DNA of 64,000 nucleotides, from contig OX337235.1 in the NCBI GenBank assembly GCA_946965045.2, positions 3,596,001-3,660,000 on the forward strand. The letters are read 5' to 3'. How positions within the stretch are numbered: the first letter of the stretch is position 1; every line of letters begins with the position of its first letter. The notes below the pieces were generated by a model. That model was not told where the DNA came from. It ran no database searches and saw only the letters and a list, made by a program, of their open reading frames with translations. This document shows, in pieces, positions 33,563-46,325 of the stretch. A program made the position numbers and the translations under genes. Source of the DNA: Epithemia pelagica. Its lineage: Eukaryota; Protista; Bacillariophyta.

Positions 33563-35499
33563 GTTCCATCGTCACCAGGGATATTTGAAAAATCCACTTT
33601 TCGAGAAATCAAGCTTGAAAGTTTTGCGCGGTATGCGCGCGATATACCCCTATTGTCATTCACGTGCGCGACTGCAGTACCGTTTTTACGTACCTTTTAG
33701 CACATCTCACATTAGGGTTTTGAATACTTAAATTTTGCCGGCCATACTTTAGTCCAATATTTCAAAGTGTATATCTTAATTTGGCGAGGCATATATTGAA
33801 CCAATCGAGAGAGCATTCAAAGACGAGTTGATCTATGTAACGAACTCAAATTGGGACCCCTCTGAAATATCCGTGCCCACAATGGAAACAGTCTTAGATG
33901 TTTAGAGGTGGGGCAACTACAGCAATCACTCGTTGCAAATCGAAACCTTTGGAAGGGTGATAGCTGCAGCATACACTACACCCAATCCACTGAATGTTTA
34001 CTCTCGAACGCTACGACATTCAATCGACAACTGCGTCGGGGCTGTTCGGTGCGTGAACAAGGGTGTCGGTGCGTCAAGAAACCCCAAAACTGAGGGGAGC
34101 CTTGTTCAAAAATTCAAATCCTGGTTCCACACAAACGACGAACGAGTCACCATCCAGGACAATGGCAAAGATGCCCAACGCCACAGTATTCAATTGATCC
34201 ATCCAAAGTGTTTGACCATGATTACTACTCTTTCCACAGGGACTACGCTTGGCAAAAGTTTGTCAATGCCTCGATCCTCGATTGGAAAAAGAAAACAACA
34301 CACAGGAAAGAACCTTGGATCCGTTCTTCCTCTCTCAGGATGGTGACAGTCCAATAGGGGGCAAGCAAAAGATACCTTTTGTAGTGGGGGTGATCGTGCC
34401 ATCGCCCCCCATTTTTATAGGACGACGGACCGACCGAAAAGATACCCGTGTCGTTTTCGTGTCGTAGCGAACGTGCGTATGTGGATCCACCATCTACAAT
34501 CTGCACCCAAAGTTCGGGCAGCAGCTGGGCTCTTTCGCAAGTGCCGAACCGTCCAATAAATGAGAACTGGCGTTGGGGGAAGGCACTACAAAAGTATTCG
34601 CAAAGTGTGACGGAGGGCAATGATAAATTTTGTAGTGGCAAACGCTTGGTGAATACGGCTCTACGTAGGTTCTACGCAGGTTTCAACGGGAAACGGGAAG
34701 TCGCTCTGGGGGACTGGGGTGTACTGTTTGGTGTACATAGGATGAAAAGGATACAATACTCCTACCTGGTACGCGTAGTATCATAAATCGAGTCCCATAT
34801 CCAGAGGTAATTCCAGTTCTAGGCTTATAAAATATTGTAAATAGCCTTTGTCCCTTTTTGAATTGCCCATTCTGGACGTCGAGCTGGAGGGCTATTAGGG
34901 AATCTCGGATCATCTCGTCGACATGGAAGGAGGTTCTCGTCCAGGCATGGACAAACACTCGAGATTCCAATCTCTAGAGATCTCGACTAGATTCATTTTG
35001 AAATAGTTTATTTATAATTGACCCACACGAACTGGGGCTTTTACGCTCCATCGGACCGACACTTTTCCGGCGTGGATCGAGCCGTTTTCCAAAGATTCAG
35101 AGGGCTTGAATTCGATGGAATATCACGGAAGTTTGTGGCTGTAAAGGTGTTGGACCTTTGATGAAGATCCAGTGGACGAATCTTTGAAATCCATCGTGGG
35201 TACTATCGACTCAATTGTACAGCGTCTCTTCGACATCGCGGTGTCGGTCCAGTACCAGAGTCTACGTGATTTCTACGTACCATCTGGGTCGGAACTGTGG
35301 GTTGCTACGGAGCGCTCCGTAGCAACAAACTGCTGGTGTTTCCGCGTCGGTTGCGTCTTTGACTGCACAGTTTCGGCACTTTTTTCGTTCTCTCTTCTCG
35401 GAGCTCATAATTCCTCTGTTGGTCCAGTTGGCAACCACCACACCGACATTCCAGAGACCTCTTTTGTTTGTTGGATACCATCCCCCAAACTCAAACACC

Positions 35500-37529
35500 A
35501 TGGTACGTTCCCTTGTGGTTGTTGTTGTCGTTGGATGGTTGGAACGAGGTTCACCGACGGGCGGAGATGGAACCGTGGAAGGAGCGAGCGTTGGTGTGAC
35601 CAGCGTGACCATTGGATGAAATCTTTTTGGAGGGGAACGGATACCATGATGATGGATGGAGTGATTGATACCATTGATTCGATTCATGAAACCTCACCAT
35701 TGTGTCCTTTTGTATCTACTCCCTATTAGGCTGACGAAGATCAACACAACTACGAAGACCCGGTCGATGACGATGACGCCCTCAAGCCAGAAGAACACGA
35801 GATTCGGACCCGCAAGGATCGTGTCACTGGATCGGTTCATTTCGGAGACACGGACTTTGATGTCGATGACGAATTTGGTGATGCCACGTGGGAAGAAGTC
35901 TGCCGTACCTGCTGCTGCCACACTCCTCAAGAATGGGGGTTGATCTCTGTTGGAATCATTGGCGTGGCTCTCTTGCTCTACTTTTTCTTGTTTGGGTTGG
36001 ACTTGTTGGGAACCGGTGCCAAGGTCATGTCGGGATGTCGTGCCGGAGAATTGTTTGGTGACGATACCAACCCCATTGCTGGTCTCATGATTGGTATCTT
36101 GGCTACCGTCTTGCTCCAATCGTCCTCCACCACCACCTCCATTATTGTGTCCCTCGTTGGTGATGCCATTTCCGTCCAACAAGGTATCTACATGGTCATG
36201 GGAGCCAACATTGGTACGTCCGTCACCAACACCATTGTGGCCATGGGTCAAATGGGAGATGGAGACCAACTCGAACGTGCCTTTGCCGGTGCCACGGTCC
36301 ATGACATGTTCAATTTCATGTCCGTCGCCATTCTCTTGCCCGTCGAAGTCATTACGGGATATTTGGATGCCTTGACTGGTGCCATGGTTAAGAATGCCGA
36401 AGTCAAGGATGGCGAAAAATGGGAAGGACCCGTCAAGAAGATTGTTTCCCCCTTGGGTAAGCGTGTGATCATTGCCAACAAGAAGGTTACCAAGGCCATT
36501 GCCAATGGTGAAAAGGAATGTGACGACTTTTACCCCAACGAATGTGAAGGTACCCCCACCTACAAGTCTTGCGGCAAGAAGTTTGGTTTGATTGCCTGTG
36601 ACAAGGACCACAACTTTTGTCCCGCCTTTTTCTCCGAAGAAGCCTCCGCCAAGGATGACAAGGTTTCCGGTGGTGTCGTGTTCTTTATCGCCATTCTCAT
36701 CTTGTTTACTTGCTTGTTGGGTATTGTCGCCATTTTGCAAAAGATGTTGCTCGGCATGTCCACTCGTATTGTCTACAAGGCCACGGATGTGAATGGATAC
36801 GTTGCCATTGCGATTGGGGCTGGTATTACCATGCTTGTGCAGTCTTCCTCCATTACCACTTCGACTTTGACACCCTTGGTTGGTATGGGAGCCCTTCGTT
36901 TGGAACAAATGTACCCCTTGACCTTGGGTGCCAATATTGGAACCACCTTGACCGGCATTACGGCTGCTATGGTGGCCGATACGATTGACGCGTTGCAAGT
37001 GGCCTTGGCGCACTTGTTTTTCAACATTTCCGGTATCTGCATCTTTTACCCCGTCCCGTTTATGCGTCAGTTGCCCCTGTTTGCCGCGCGCCGTTTGGGT
37101 CGTGCCACTCGTTTGTGGCGTGGATTCCCCTTGGTATACATTTTCGTCATGTTTGTCATTGTGCCCCTCTTCTTTTTGGGACTTTCGGCGCTCTTTGAAG
37201 AAGATACCAAGGGCTTCAAGGTCTTGGGTAGTTTCTTGGTGATTGTCCTCGTCTTGATCTTGGCCTACTTGACCTATTGGTGCTTGTACATGGACGGACG
37301 CGAAAAGTGCACCAGCTGCATGATGGCCCGCGAACGCAAGCGTGTGGCCATGAAGGAATTGCCAGACGATATGGATTACCTCAAGGCTCGTGTCGCAGCC
37401 TTGACGGAACACACTGGATTGGTTGTGGAAGACGAGGATGATGACGAAGACGAAGATGTTGCCGTTGAAGCCGAAGAAGATGAACCCATGATGGACAAGC
37501 AAGAGGATGACGATGAAGTCAATGCTTAG
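35500..37529 (+). CDS. SLC34: SLC34 Na+/Pi cotransporter, copy 4; first coding exon is ATG only, intron 35503-35729
   Basis: ATG|GTACGT...CTATTAG|GCT GAC GAA is in frame with the 529-aa ORF; N-terminus aligns with copy 3. Confidence 0.92.
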
Positions 37530-38214
37530 ATCTATCATCATCATCTATACGACCGGAAGGAGTGTGTAACGCATGGTTGATCACGTTCCCACACAAGCTC
37601 GCGAGTTTGTGCAGAACGGTTCGATCCCATGCGCCCCTGTGTATGTAACTCTCATGAATTAACTTATCTAGTAGGAAGAATTCTTACCCACAACGTAGTA
37701 CTTGTACCATTCTTACTGTTCCACACTTTGTTAGGGGTATAGAGAATGAATCTACAAATTCAAGACATGGGCTATATGAATCGGACACTCCTTTGGTCTC
37801 TTCTGGTTCTTTGTTGTGTGTGTGTGCGCGTTGTCTCGACTCTTGTCGGGATGTTTCAATGTTGGTTCCACCACCACGTTTGCCATTATGGCATTCCATT
37901 GCCATCATCCAATATGGTTTTGTAGGATATATGGTTCGAAGAGAGAATTGTAGCAATGTCTTTGGTAGCGGGAGAATGGGACAGGCCCCTCTCATTCATT
38001 CGCAATCCTCAATGATTCCATGACAACACCCTATTATCTTGCAACAGTATCATTCTACTTTAGAGTAGCCATTCACTATGAAACGCCAACACAAGTCCGC
38101 GGTTCGAGAACGAAACGTCTAGCTTTCATCCTTCCCTTTATCACCATGGCATCTATTTGCCCGAGCTCGTTTACAAGCTACTGTCGAGATCCAGCAGGGC
38201 CGTCCATTAGCATT

Positions 38215-39381
38215 TCACATACGACCCGTTCCATTGGCGTCTTGGGCACCTGATCCTTCCTGAGAATGAAAGCAACCTTTCGGATGCTGCTCACAGAGTC
38301 GACGAAAACACCACGAATTCTTGTCCATTAGTGGTAATGTCGAACAGGAAGGATTGTCCCATCCACCAATCACGGCAACTTGATTGGCAACAGTCACCAT
38401 ACTGCCGTATCCATAAAAATTTCCGAGTTGTGGGAGATTCCACACGCGGTTTCTATCCGTATCCAAGACTTCCATAGTTCGACGCGATCCTCCAGTCACT
38501 ACCAGACAAGATCCCACGGCAACCACTGCACAAGACCTTCGTGCATTGGAAAGTACCAAATCAGGGCAAGTGGTCCATGCGGACGAGAAGGAAATGTCTG
38601 TAGAAGCAGTCTCAGGCTTTGCAAATTCCAAATACTCAAGCGAACAATGTCGCTGGTCGTCGTTTTGGCCTCCAACGACAAAGATGCGGTGGCCAACGAC
38701 CGCACTGGCACCATATAATCGAGGAACGTCCATGCTTGGTCCCATAGTGACAGTGTGGTTGCTGACATCAATAATATCCACCGACGATAACTTTTGCCCG
38801 AACGAAAAGTTTCCCATCCTGTCGTAGGTGCCACCCATTACCACAATGTATCGATTGTTCACCGCAACAGCACAGCATGCATATCGATGGTCTGACAATC
38901 GAAGGTTCAATGGTGTCCACTGAGTCTTTTTTGAATTGCTGGTTGTCATAGATGATTGTAGTAAATCGTTGGTATCAATCCGCTCTATGCTATCCAAAGG
39001 TGCTCCATCGTAGCCCCCCACCACGTAAATGCCGCCATCGCACACAACCGCAGCATGTCCATGACGTTTCCTGTTCATGGGCGTCCCTTCTCGCCACTGT
39101 TTGTTTGGATCTGCTAGATTCAATAGAAGAACAGAATCGAACCCTCCTTGGCGTGTTCGAAATCCTCCCATCACGGTTCGAAATCCTCCCATCACGACGA
39201 TGGTTTGTCCCTCGTGGTTGTGGTTGTCGCTCTTATCATCAGGATGATTCAGAACGACCGAAGCATGATTGAAGCGCCATCCGCCCTCAAGAGGAGGCCA
39301 GTCGGTTTCATCCCATTCTGCTGCCTCGTCCAAAAGGACAAGCCCCGACTGCCATGCTTGTTCCTTCAGTGTCATGCTCAT
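38215..39381 (-). CDS. Kelch-repeat protein K1
   Basis: Repeated GG...S.E..D...W blades. Family N-terminus LKEQAWQSGLVLLDE. Perfect 21-bp tandem duplication at 39155-39196. Confidence 0.88.
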   Translation of the reverse strand: MSMTLKEQAWQSGLVLLDEAAEWDETDWPPLEGGWRFNHASVVLNHPDDKSDNHNHEGQTIVVMGGFRTVMGGFRTRQGGFDSVLLLNLADPNKQWREGTPMNRKRHGHAAVVCDGGIYVVGGYDGAPLDSIERIDTNDLLQSSMTTSNSKKTQWTPLNLRLSDHRYACCAVAVNNRYIVVMGGTYDRMGNFSFGQKLSSVDIIDVSNHTVTMGPSMDVPRLYGASAVVGHRIFVVGGQNDDQRHCSLEYLEFAKPETASTDISFSSAWTTCPDLVLSNARRSCAVVAVGSCLVVTGGSRRTMEVLDTDRNRVWNLPQLGNFYGYGSMVTVANQVAVIGGWDNPSCSTLPLMDKNSWCFRRLCEQHPKGCFHSQEGSGAQDANGTGRM

Positions 39382-40731
39382 GGTTCCAAACACTGACTGA
39401 ATGAGAATCGACACTGTATTATTGTGAGAGGTTCGTGGGTGCTGCTTGCTTGTTGCTGCTGCTGCTCGATCGGATGGGTACGGAGTGGAAACACGACTGC
39501 CGACTTTACGAAAAAGAAGCCATATCATGGATAGAGAAACACGATCGATTGACGGACGTGCATACGTTTCTGAATTTGGTCGCATTTCAATCGTTGATTA
39601 TTGCGGGAATAGTTGACTATGATATATTGTCAAGGTTGCCAAGGAATCGGACAAACGGATGGGAGGTGTTTTCGTTTTCTGTAGACTATATCATGAAGGA
39701 CTCTCGCATCCTTGGTCAGATAGTTAGGAGTACGTGAAAACGAGTGTTTGATTTCGAAACACGCAATAAAAGATACGCCGAACTCTTGGTCAGGAGCCTC
39801 CGAACGAGAGAGAGAGAATGGGGCGTTCTGTTCGTGTTGTTCCTGCTGCTACTTTGGAGAGGAGAGACTCTCTCATTCCATTCTCAAAACAATAATTGGT
39901 ATTAGTGGGCAGTGATCTTTGTGAGACGCAGGAATTGTCGACATGGAAAGGGAGATGCACCAAAAGAATGACAACAGATTCCTGTCCTCGTGGTTTTGTG
40001 TGGAACGACGTTCTCCGACGCGACACTCAAGACGCTCTGGTGTTCCCCAGGAACAGTGTGCCAGGCACTGCGGACGAATTGTGATCTTTTGCTTGCAAAG
40101 CACAGCCCAAAACATGTCGATTGACAAAATCGACACAAAACTTCCCATGACCACTTGGGAAGTATTGGGACTGAGTAGACATAAAGACCAACCATATAGG
40201 TGACGGTGATACTGCGGGAAAGATCCTTAATAGGTGCTGACAGCTCGTCGTGGGACAAATCGAGATGATACGCGCAGTTCGATAGTCACTTGCAAGTTTT
40301 GACAATTGGTGATCAAGTGGGTATATGTGAAGAATTGGAAATCAACCGGAAGGAGAAGCGTATTCAGGCTAGATTCTGAACTTTGCGACTCCTACACTAT
40401 TCCAACCCACTTGAATATCTCCTCTGAAGAGTACTAGGTCAAGGATGCGGAGACGAATAATACGGAACCATGGAGTCTCAAATGTTTTGCTTGTTTTTGC
40501 CTCATGGTATGTTCATTACGTCGAATCCTTGATAATAGCCAAGCAATGCAATCCTCCAAATCAATATAAAAGTTGGTTGGTGTGGACAAGATAACAATCG
40601 GTAAGCTCGGACTCCTCATTCAATTGGAATTTTGGTCAATGTTGCACCCCCCAATGGCATTGCTCACATAAGCACGTGGTATCGACTATTGCCCCCGCAC
40701 TCACAGACCAGAGCATACCTCGTTGTCATCC

Positions 40732-42014
40732 TCATAAGGGTTTCGCATTCCGGCATTTCCTCCGAGGAACACAAACACAAGGACATAGACAATCATGGCA
40801 TGAAACGCAGCCATGAAACGCAGCCATGATGGTGAACAAAGTCTTCCATTGAACATGGCGCATATTGGTGATTGATACGTCAGAAGGTGTAGAGCAGGGT
40901 CTGGTATTGCGGATGGTCATTTCTTCTATAAGATGATACCAACCGTTCGGTTGTTGCTCACAGAGTCGACGAAAACACCATGTATTCTTGTCCAGTAGTG
41001 GCAATGTCGCACAGGTAGGATTCCGAAGTCCACCAATCACGGCAATTTGATTCGCAAGAGTCACTATACTGCAGTCTCTGCGAGGGGATGCGAATGGTGG
41101 GAGATTCCAAACACGGTTTCGGTGCGTATCCAAGACTTCCACGGTTGGATTGTCTTCTCCTCCCGCCACAACGAGACAGGATCCCACGGCAACTGCTCCA
41201 CAATCATCTCGTGCGTCAGAAAGCACCAAGTTAGAATGAGTGGTCCAAGTGGACGAGAAGGAAATGACTGTAGATGTAGTCTCCTTCTTTGCTCATCATT
41301 GTCACAATGATTAGCATAGTCCAAATACTCCACCCTAGTGGAGCATCCAGCAACTAAGATGCGGTGACCAATGACGGCACTGGCAAAATTTATTCGTGGA
41401 AAATTCATGGATGGTCCCGCTGTGACAATATGGCTGTTGGTATCAATAATATCAACCGACGAAAACACTGATACTTCCTGCACGCTCCATCCACCCACTA
41501 CCACAATGTATCGATTGTGAACCGCAACAGCAGCACATGCAATTCGACCTGTCGATAACGGACTATTCAGTGTCACCCAATGGATCTTCTGCTGTGAACT
41601 GTTTAATGTCGAAGCTGATTGTAACAAACCACTAGCATCAATCCGCTCAATACAATTCCAATTTGAAGGCCCATTGCCTCCTCCCATTACATAAACTCCA
41701 CCATTGCACACAACAGCGGCAGGCCCACGGCGTCTCTTGTTCAGGGGTGGTCCTTCTCGCCACTGTTGGTTGGATTCTGCCAAGTTCAAGACAAGAACAG
41801 AATTGGTACTTCTCCAATCTTTGTTCACTCCTCCCACAACGACGACCGTTTGTGCGTTGTCCTTGTTGTCATTGCCGTCCTGATCGGGATGATTCAGTAC
41901 GACCGAAGCATGATTGAAACGCCATCCGCCCTCAAGAGGAGGCAAGTCGGTTTCATTCCATTTCTCGTCCAAAAGGACAAGCCCCGACTGCCATGCTTGT
42001 TCTTGCAGTGTCAT
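40732..42014 (-). pseudogene. Kelch-repeat protein K2, frameshifted near 41285
   Basis: Homology to paralogs switches from ORF 41064-42098 to ORF 40732-41229. Confidence 0.82.
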
Positions 42015-43947
42015 GGTCGCGGTGTATCCACAGGGGAGAGGGTTGCCGTTGCCGTGCGTTGTGGTTGGAGGGCGGAGCGCGGGTCGCAGATGATGCACTA
42101 CGTCGGGTCGCAGATATACTACATGACAACTCCCCCCCCCCAGTCATCGCCATCTCAAATCACAAAGTTTGACACTGTCGATTGTCGTGTATTACCTTTC
42201 GTCAGTATAGTCGTCCCCATGATTGATCTCGTAGTACAAACCATCTTGTAAAAGAACAGAAGGACCAAGACGAACCACATACTTGGAGCGAAAAAGTCGC
42301 TCACAAACCAGTGCCTCGTCGCAGGATTTCGCACCACCACGTGGATTGGAGGGATGTGTAAAGGACTCTCGAGCACACACATGCGTCGTTTATTGGTCGT
42401 CGAACAGCAAGCATGAACTCCAATGTGGTGAGTAATGTGCGGCAAAGGGACCATTGCCATAGTAAGAGTGTACAGCTCCCTCACCAGACAACCATATGAC
42501 CACCACAAAGACAGTCAATGACAATACGAACAGCACGAATCGAAATGAAATGAACGAGGCATCCCAACATCATTGTCCTTCGGAGGCGTTTCCCACATGT
42601 TGCATGCCATTTCACTATATACTTGGATACAATTGAGAGTTTCTGTGGTGTGTCAGCATTCCACGACCAAAAATGATCTCGAGAGACAAGATGCACCATC
42701 AGCAGGATTCGGAAACTTGCTGCAGCGACCATGGCGACAGCACCCAAATGAAGAGAAACTCGACTATAGGAAGGCTGCTCCACCTTCATGATTATATCAC
42801 GACCAAACGATCCACACTGACGAGAACCAAGACGATCGCCACCATGCTCCCAATAATGGCACTCCTGGACACCCGCACCAAACAGGAAACGACTCATACG
42901 ACCAAAGAATGCACCAAGACCCGACAAGGACCAATTCGAATGGGCAATAGGGTGCTGGTGGCAAAGGTCACCAATTCCAAAGAATCTGGTCTGTCCGAAA
43001 CAATATTCTTCGTCCAATGATGCGGCTTTGTTCCAAAAACAAGAATCTGACGACCAGACGAAAGATTGTTTTTTATAGGATGCTGCAAATGATGCACCAC
43101 CGATTCGGTGGCTCTTCTTGTCCTTGTTGCAACATCAGTCGGTACCTGCGGTTGATAGAAAGCAACAGCATGAGTAGGTGAAGGAGACCATTCGAGCGTG
43201 CTCTACGAAACAACATGCTGGAAGAGACAAAGGGCTGTCGTAGCGATGGCACAAAGACTCTATCCATGAGACCAACAATGTCCATTAAAAAGGTGAGATA
43301 ATATAGCTGGCACCTGGTATTTTGACCAGGAGATTGGATGACCAGAGCAATTAGTCGCCGAAACAGACTGGATGGACAAGGCAACCAATTTATAGGGGGA
43401 CGCATTTCTTGGATGAAATCGACACCACCCGTTTGCGGCGTGAGATTGAATTGCTGTTCCTTTTCAAACTGTCAGTGCCCCCCGATCGATTGAGTCCACC
43501 CCAAACTAGCAACCTGAGTAAATAGATACAGTGTATCGGTGGGGAATGCCACCAGCTTTTACTGAAAGGGTTTGGAGGACATGCCTCTCGATCGATTGAG
43601 TCGGCAACAAACAATCAACCGGAGTATAGAGATACAGTGTATGCTGATAACGTACTCCATGCCGGTAGTGAATACATCGGCTTTCGTCCTGTAACGAACC
43701 CCGTCACTGGTCAATATTCCTTGGACCACAAACAAGTCCTCCGGTAACGCGTGTTGCAACATTTTATTCTACTTTGATATTAGAAACTATTTGGATTCAC
43801 TGGATCTCTTCATAGGTTCACAATTTCACGACGAAACCAACGCAAGTGTTCCAGGGCAAATGTGTAGCCCACTTTATTAACTATGATCCTTCTTCTCGTT
43901 CTTGTCACCATGGTGGGTATTGGCTGTCGCACTTTCAGAGGCTAAAG

Positions 43948-45087
43948 TCAAAGTGGGGTTACTCGATCCTTCCCGGATCCTTCCCAAAAATGATACCATC
44001 CGTTTGGTGCTTGATCACAAAGTTTACGGAAACACCATGCATTCTTGTCCATAATTTTCAATGTCGCACAGGAAGGATTGTCCCATCCACCAATCACGGC
44101 AACTTGATTGGCAACAGTCACCATGTTGTCGGGTCTGCGGCGATCTCGGAACTGTGGGAGATTCCACACGCGGTCGCGGCGCGTATCCAAGACTTCCACG
44201 GTTTGACTGTGTCCTCCTGTCATAACCAGACAGGATCCCACAGCGACAGCTGCACATATATTTCGTGGCTCAGAAAGCATCAAACTAGAATGAGTCGTCC
44301 AAGCGGACGAGAAGGAAATGACTGTAGACAAGGTGTCATCGTTTCTCTCATTGTCACAAGGCTTTGTAAAGTCCAAATACTCCACCAAAGTATTTGTTGT
44401 GCAGCCTCCAACGACAAAGATACGGTGACCAACGACCGCACTGCCAAAATATGATCGAGGAACATTCAGGGATGGTCCCGCAATGACAGTGTGATTGCTG
44501 GTATCAATAATCTCAACCGACGATAAGTCCTGCCCCATGGCCTTTCCACCCATCACAACAATATATCGGTTGTGCACCGCAACAGCACAACATCCAGATC
44601 GTCTTCTTGCTAATCGACAGTTCAATGTCTTCCAATGACTCGTTTCTGAACTTCTTGATATAAAAGATGATTGTAGCAAATCATCGATGTCAATCCGTTC
44701 GATCGAATCCAAACTTGAACGACGATTGTGTCCTCCCATCACGTAGATGCCTCCATTGCACACAACAGCGGCATGTCCATGGCGACTCGTATTCATTGGT
44801 GGCCCTTCTCTCCACTGCTTGTTTAGGTCCGCTAAATTGAATAGAAGAACGGAATTGGTACTTCTCCAACCTACGTCGTACCCTCCCATCACTACGACCG
44901 TTTGTCCCTTGTGGTTATCGTTATCGTTATTGTCGTCCTTATCGGCATGATTCAGTATGACCGATGCATGATCGCAACGCCACCCACCCTTAAGAGGAGG
45001 CCAGTCGGTTTCATTCCATTTGGCTGTCTCGTCCAAGAGAACAAGGCCCGATTGCCATGCTTGTTTTTGCAGTGATGTCATGCTCAT
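43948..45087 (-). CDS. Kelch-repeat protein K3
   Basis: Intact 379-aa ORF with Kelch blades. Confidence 0.9.
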   Translation of the reverse strand: MSMTSLQKQAWQSGLVLLDETAKWNETDWPPLKGGWRCDHASVILNHADKDDNNDNDNHKGQTVVVMGGYDVGWRSTNSVLLFNLADLNKQWREGPPMNTSRHGHAAVVCNGGIYVMGGHNRRSSLDSIERIDIDDLLQSSFISRSSETSHWKTLNCRLARRRSGCCAVAVHNRYIVVMGGKAMGQDLSSVEIIDTSNHTVIAGPSLNVPRSYFGSAVVGHRIFVVGGCTTNTLVEYLDFTKPCDNERNDDTLSTVISFSSAWTTHSSLMLSEPRNICAAVAVGSCLVMTGGHSQTVEVLDTRRDRVWNLPQFRDRRRPDNMVTVANQVAVIGGWDNPSCATLKIMDKNAWCFRKLCDQAPNGWYHFWEGSGKDRVTPL

Positions 45088-45212
45088 GGCGACTATTCAC
45101 TTTTCCAGGGCAAATGTGTAGCCCACTTTATTAACTATGATCCTTCTTCTCGTTCTTGTCACCATGGTGGGTATTGACTGTCGCACTTTCAGAGGCTAAA
45201 GTCAAAGTGGGG

Positions 45213-46325
45213 TTACTCGATCCTTCCCGGATCCTTCCCGAAATGATACCATCCGTTTGGTGCTTGATCACAAAGTTTACGGAAACACCATGCATTCTTG
45301 TCCATAATTTTCAATGTCGCACAGGAAGGATTGCTCCATCCACCAATCACGGCAACTTGATTGGCAACCGTCACCATACTAAAGTCATCCTGATTCCTTC
45401 CAATGGAGGGGAGATTCCACACGCAGTTGCGGTGCGTATCCATGACTTGCACGGTTGGATTGTCTCGTCCTCCCGCCACAACGAGACAAGATCCCACGGC
45501 TACCATTGCACAATGATAGTGTGGGACAGAAAGCGCCAAACTAGAATGAGTCGTCCAAGCGGCCGAGAAGGAAATGACTGTAGACAATGTGTCGGCGTTT
45601 CTCTCCTCTTTGTCACAAGCCTTTGTAAAGTCCAAATACTCCACCGAAGTATTTGTTCTGCAGCCTCCAATGACAAAGATACGGTGACCAATGACCGCAC
45701 TGCCAAAATATGATCGAGGAACATTCATGGATGGTCCCACAATGACAGTGTGATTGCTGGTATCAATAACATCCACCGACGATACGTCCTGCCCCATGGC
45801 CCATCCACCCATCACAACAATATATCGGTTGTGCACCGCAACAGCACAGCATCCACATCGTGTGATTGATAAGCGACAACTCAATGGTGTCCACTGACTC
45901 TTTTTTGAATTGCTGGTTGTCAAAGAAGATTGTAGCAAGTCATTGACGTCAATCCGTTCTATGCAATCCAAAGTTCGTCCATTGTATCCTCCCATGACGT
46001 AGACCCCTCCATTGCACACAACAGCGGCATGTTCCTTACGGCTCTTGTTCATGGGCGGTCCTTCTCGCCACTGCTTGTCTGCTTGTACTAAATTCAATAC
46101 AAGAACGGAATTGGTAGTATTAAAATTGTTGTCATCTCCTCCCATCACGACGACGGTTTGTCCCCTGCTGTTGTCCTGCTCAGCATGATTCAGTACGACC
46201 GATGCAGGAAACTCACGCCATCCACCCTTGAGAGGAGGCCAGTCGGTTTCATTCCATTCTCCAGTCTCGTCCAAGAGAACAAGGCCCGACTTCCATGCTT
46301 GTTCTTGCAGTGATGTTATGCTCAT
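45213..46325 (-). CDS. Kelch-repeat protein K4 (small frameshift in the last ~10 codons)
   Basis: 370 aa; ends GKDPGRIE versus EGSGKDRVTPL in K3 and K5. Confidence 0.88.
   Translation of the reverse strand: MSITSLQEQAWKSGLVLLDETGEWNETDWPPLKGGWREFPASVVLNHAEQDNSRGQTVVVMGGDDNNFNTTNSVLVLNLVQADKQWREGPPMNKSRKEHAAVVCNGGVYVMGGYNGRTLDCIERIDVNDLLQSSLTTSNSKKSQWTPLSCRLSITRCGCCAVAVHNRYIVVMGGWAMGQDVSSVDVIDTSNHTVIVGPSMNVPRSYFGSAVIGHRIFVIGGCRTNTSVEYLDFTKACDKEERNADTLSTVISFSAAWTTHSSLALSVPHYHCAMVAVGSCLVVAGGRDNPTVQVMDTHRNCVWNLPSIGRNQDDFSMVTVANQVAVIGGWSNPSCATLKIMDKNAWCFRKLCDQAPNGWYHFGKDPGRIE

Noticed and set aside
33770-34790. Protein-like fragments between the YR element and SLC34 copy 4 (similar fragments at 22500-23000 and 39900-40620)
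   Set aside because: Multiple stops and no family recognisable by eye; a translated search is needed.
19793-37544. Long antisense ORFs (620, 674, 616 aa; also 263 aa at 838-1629) over SLC34 genes
   Set aside because: Exact shadows of the sense genes expected from codon bias; no independent motifs.
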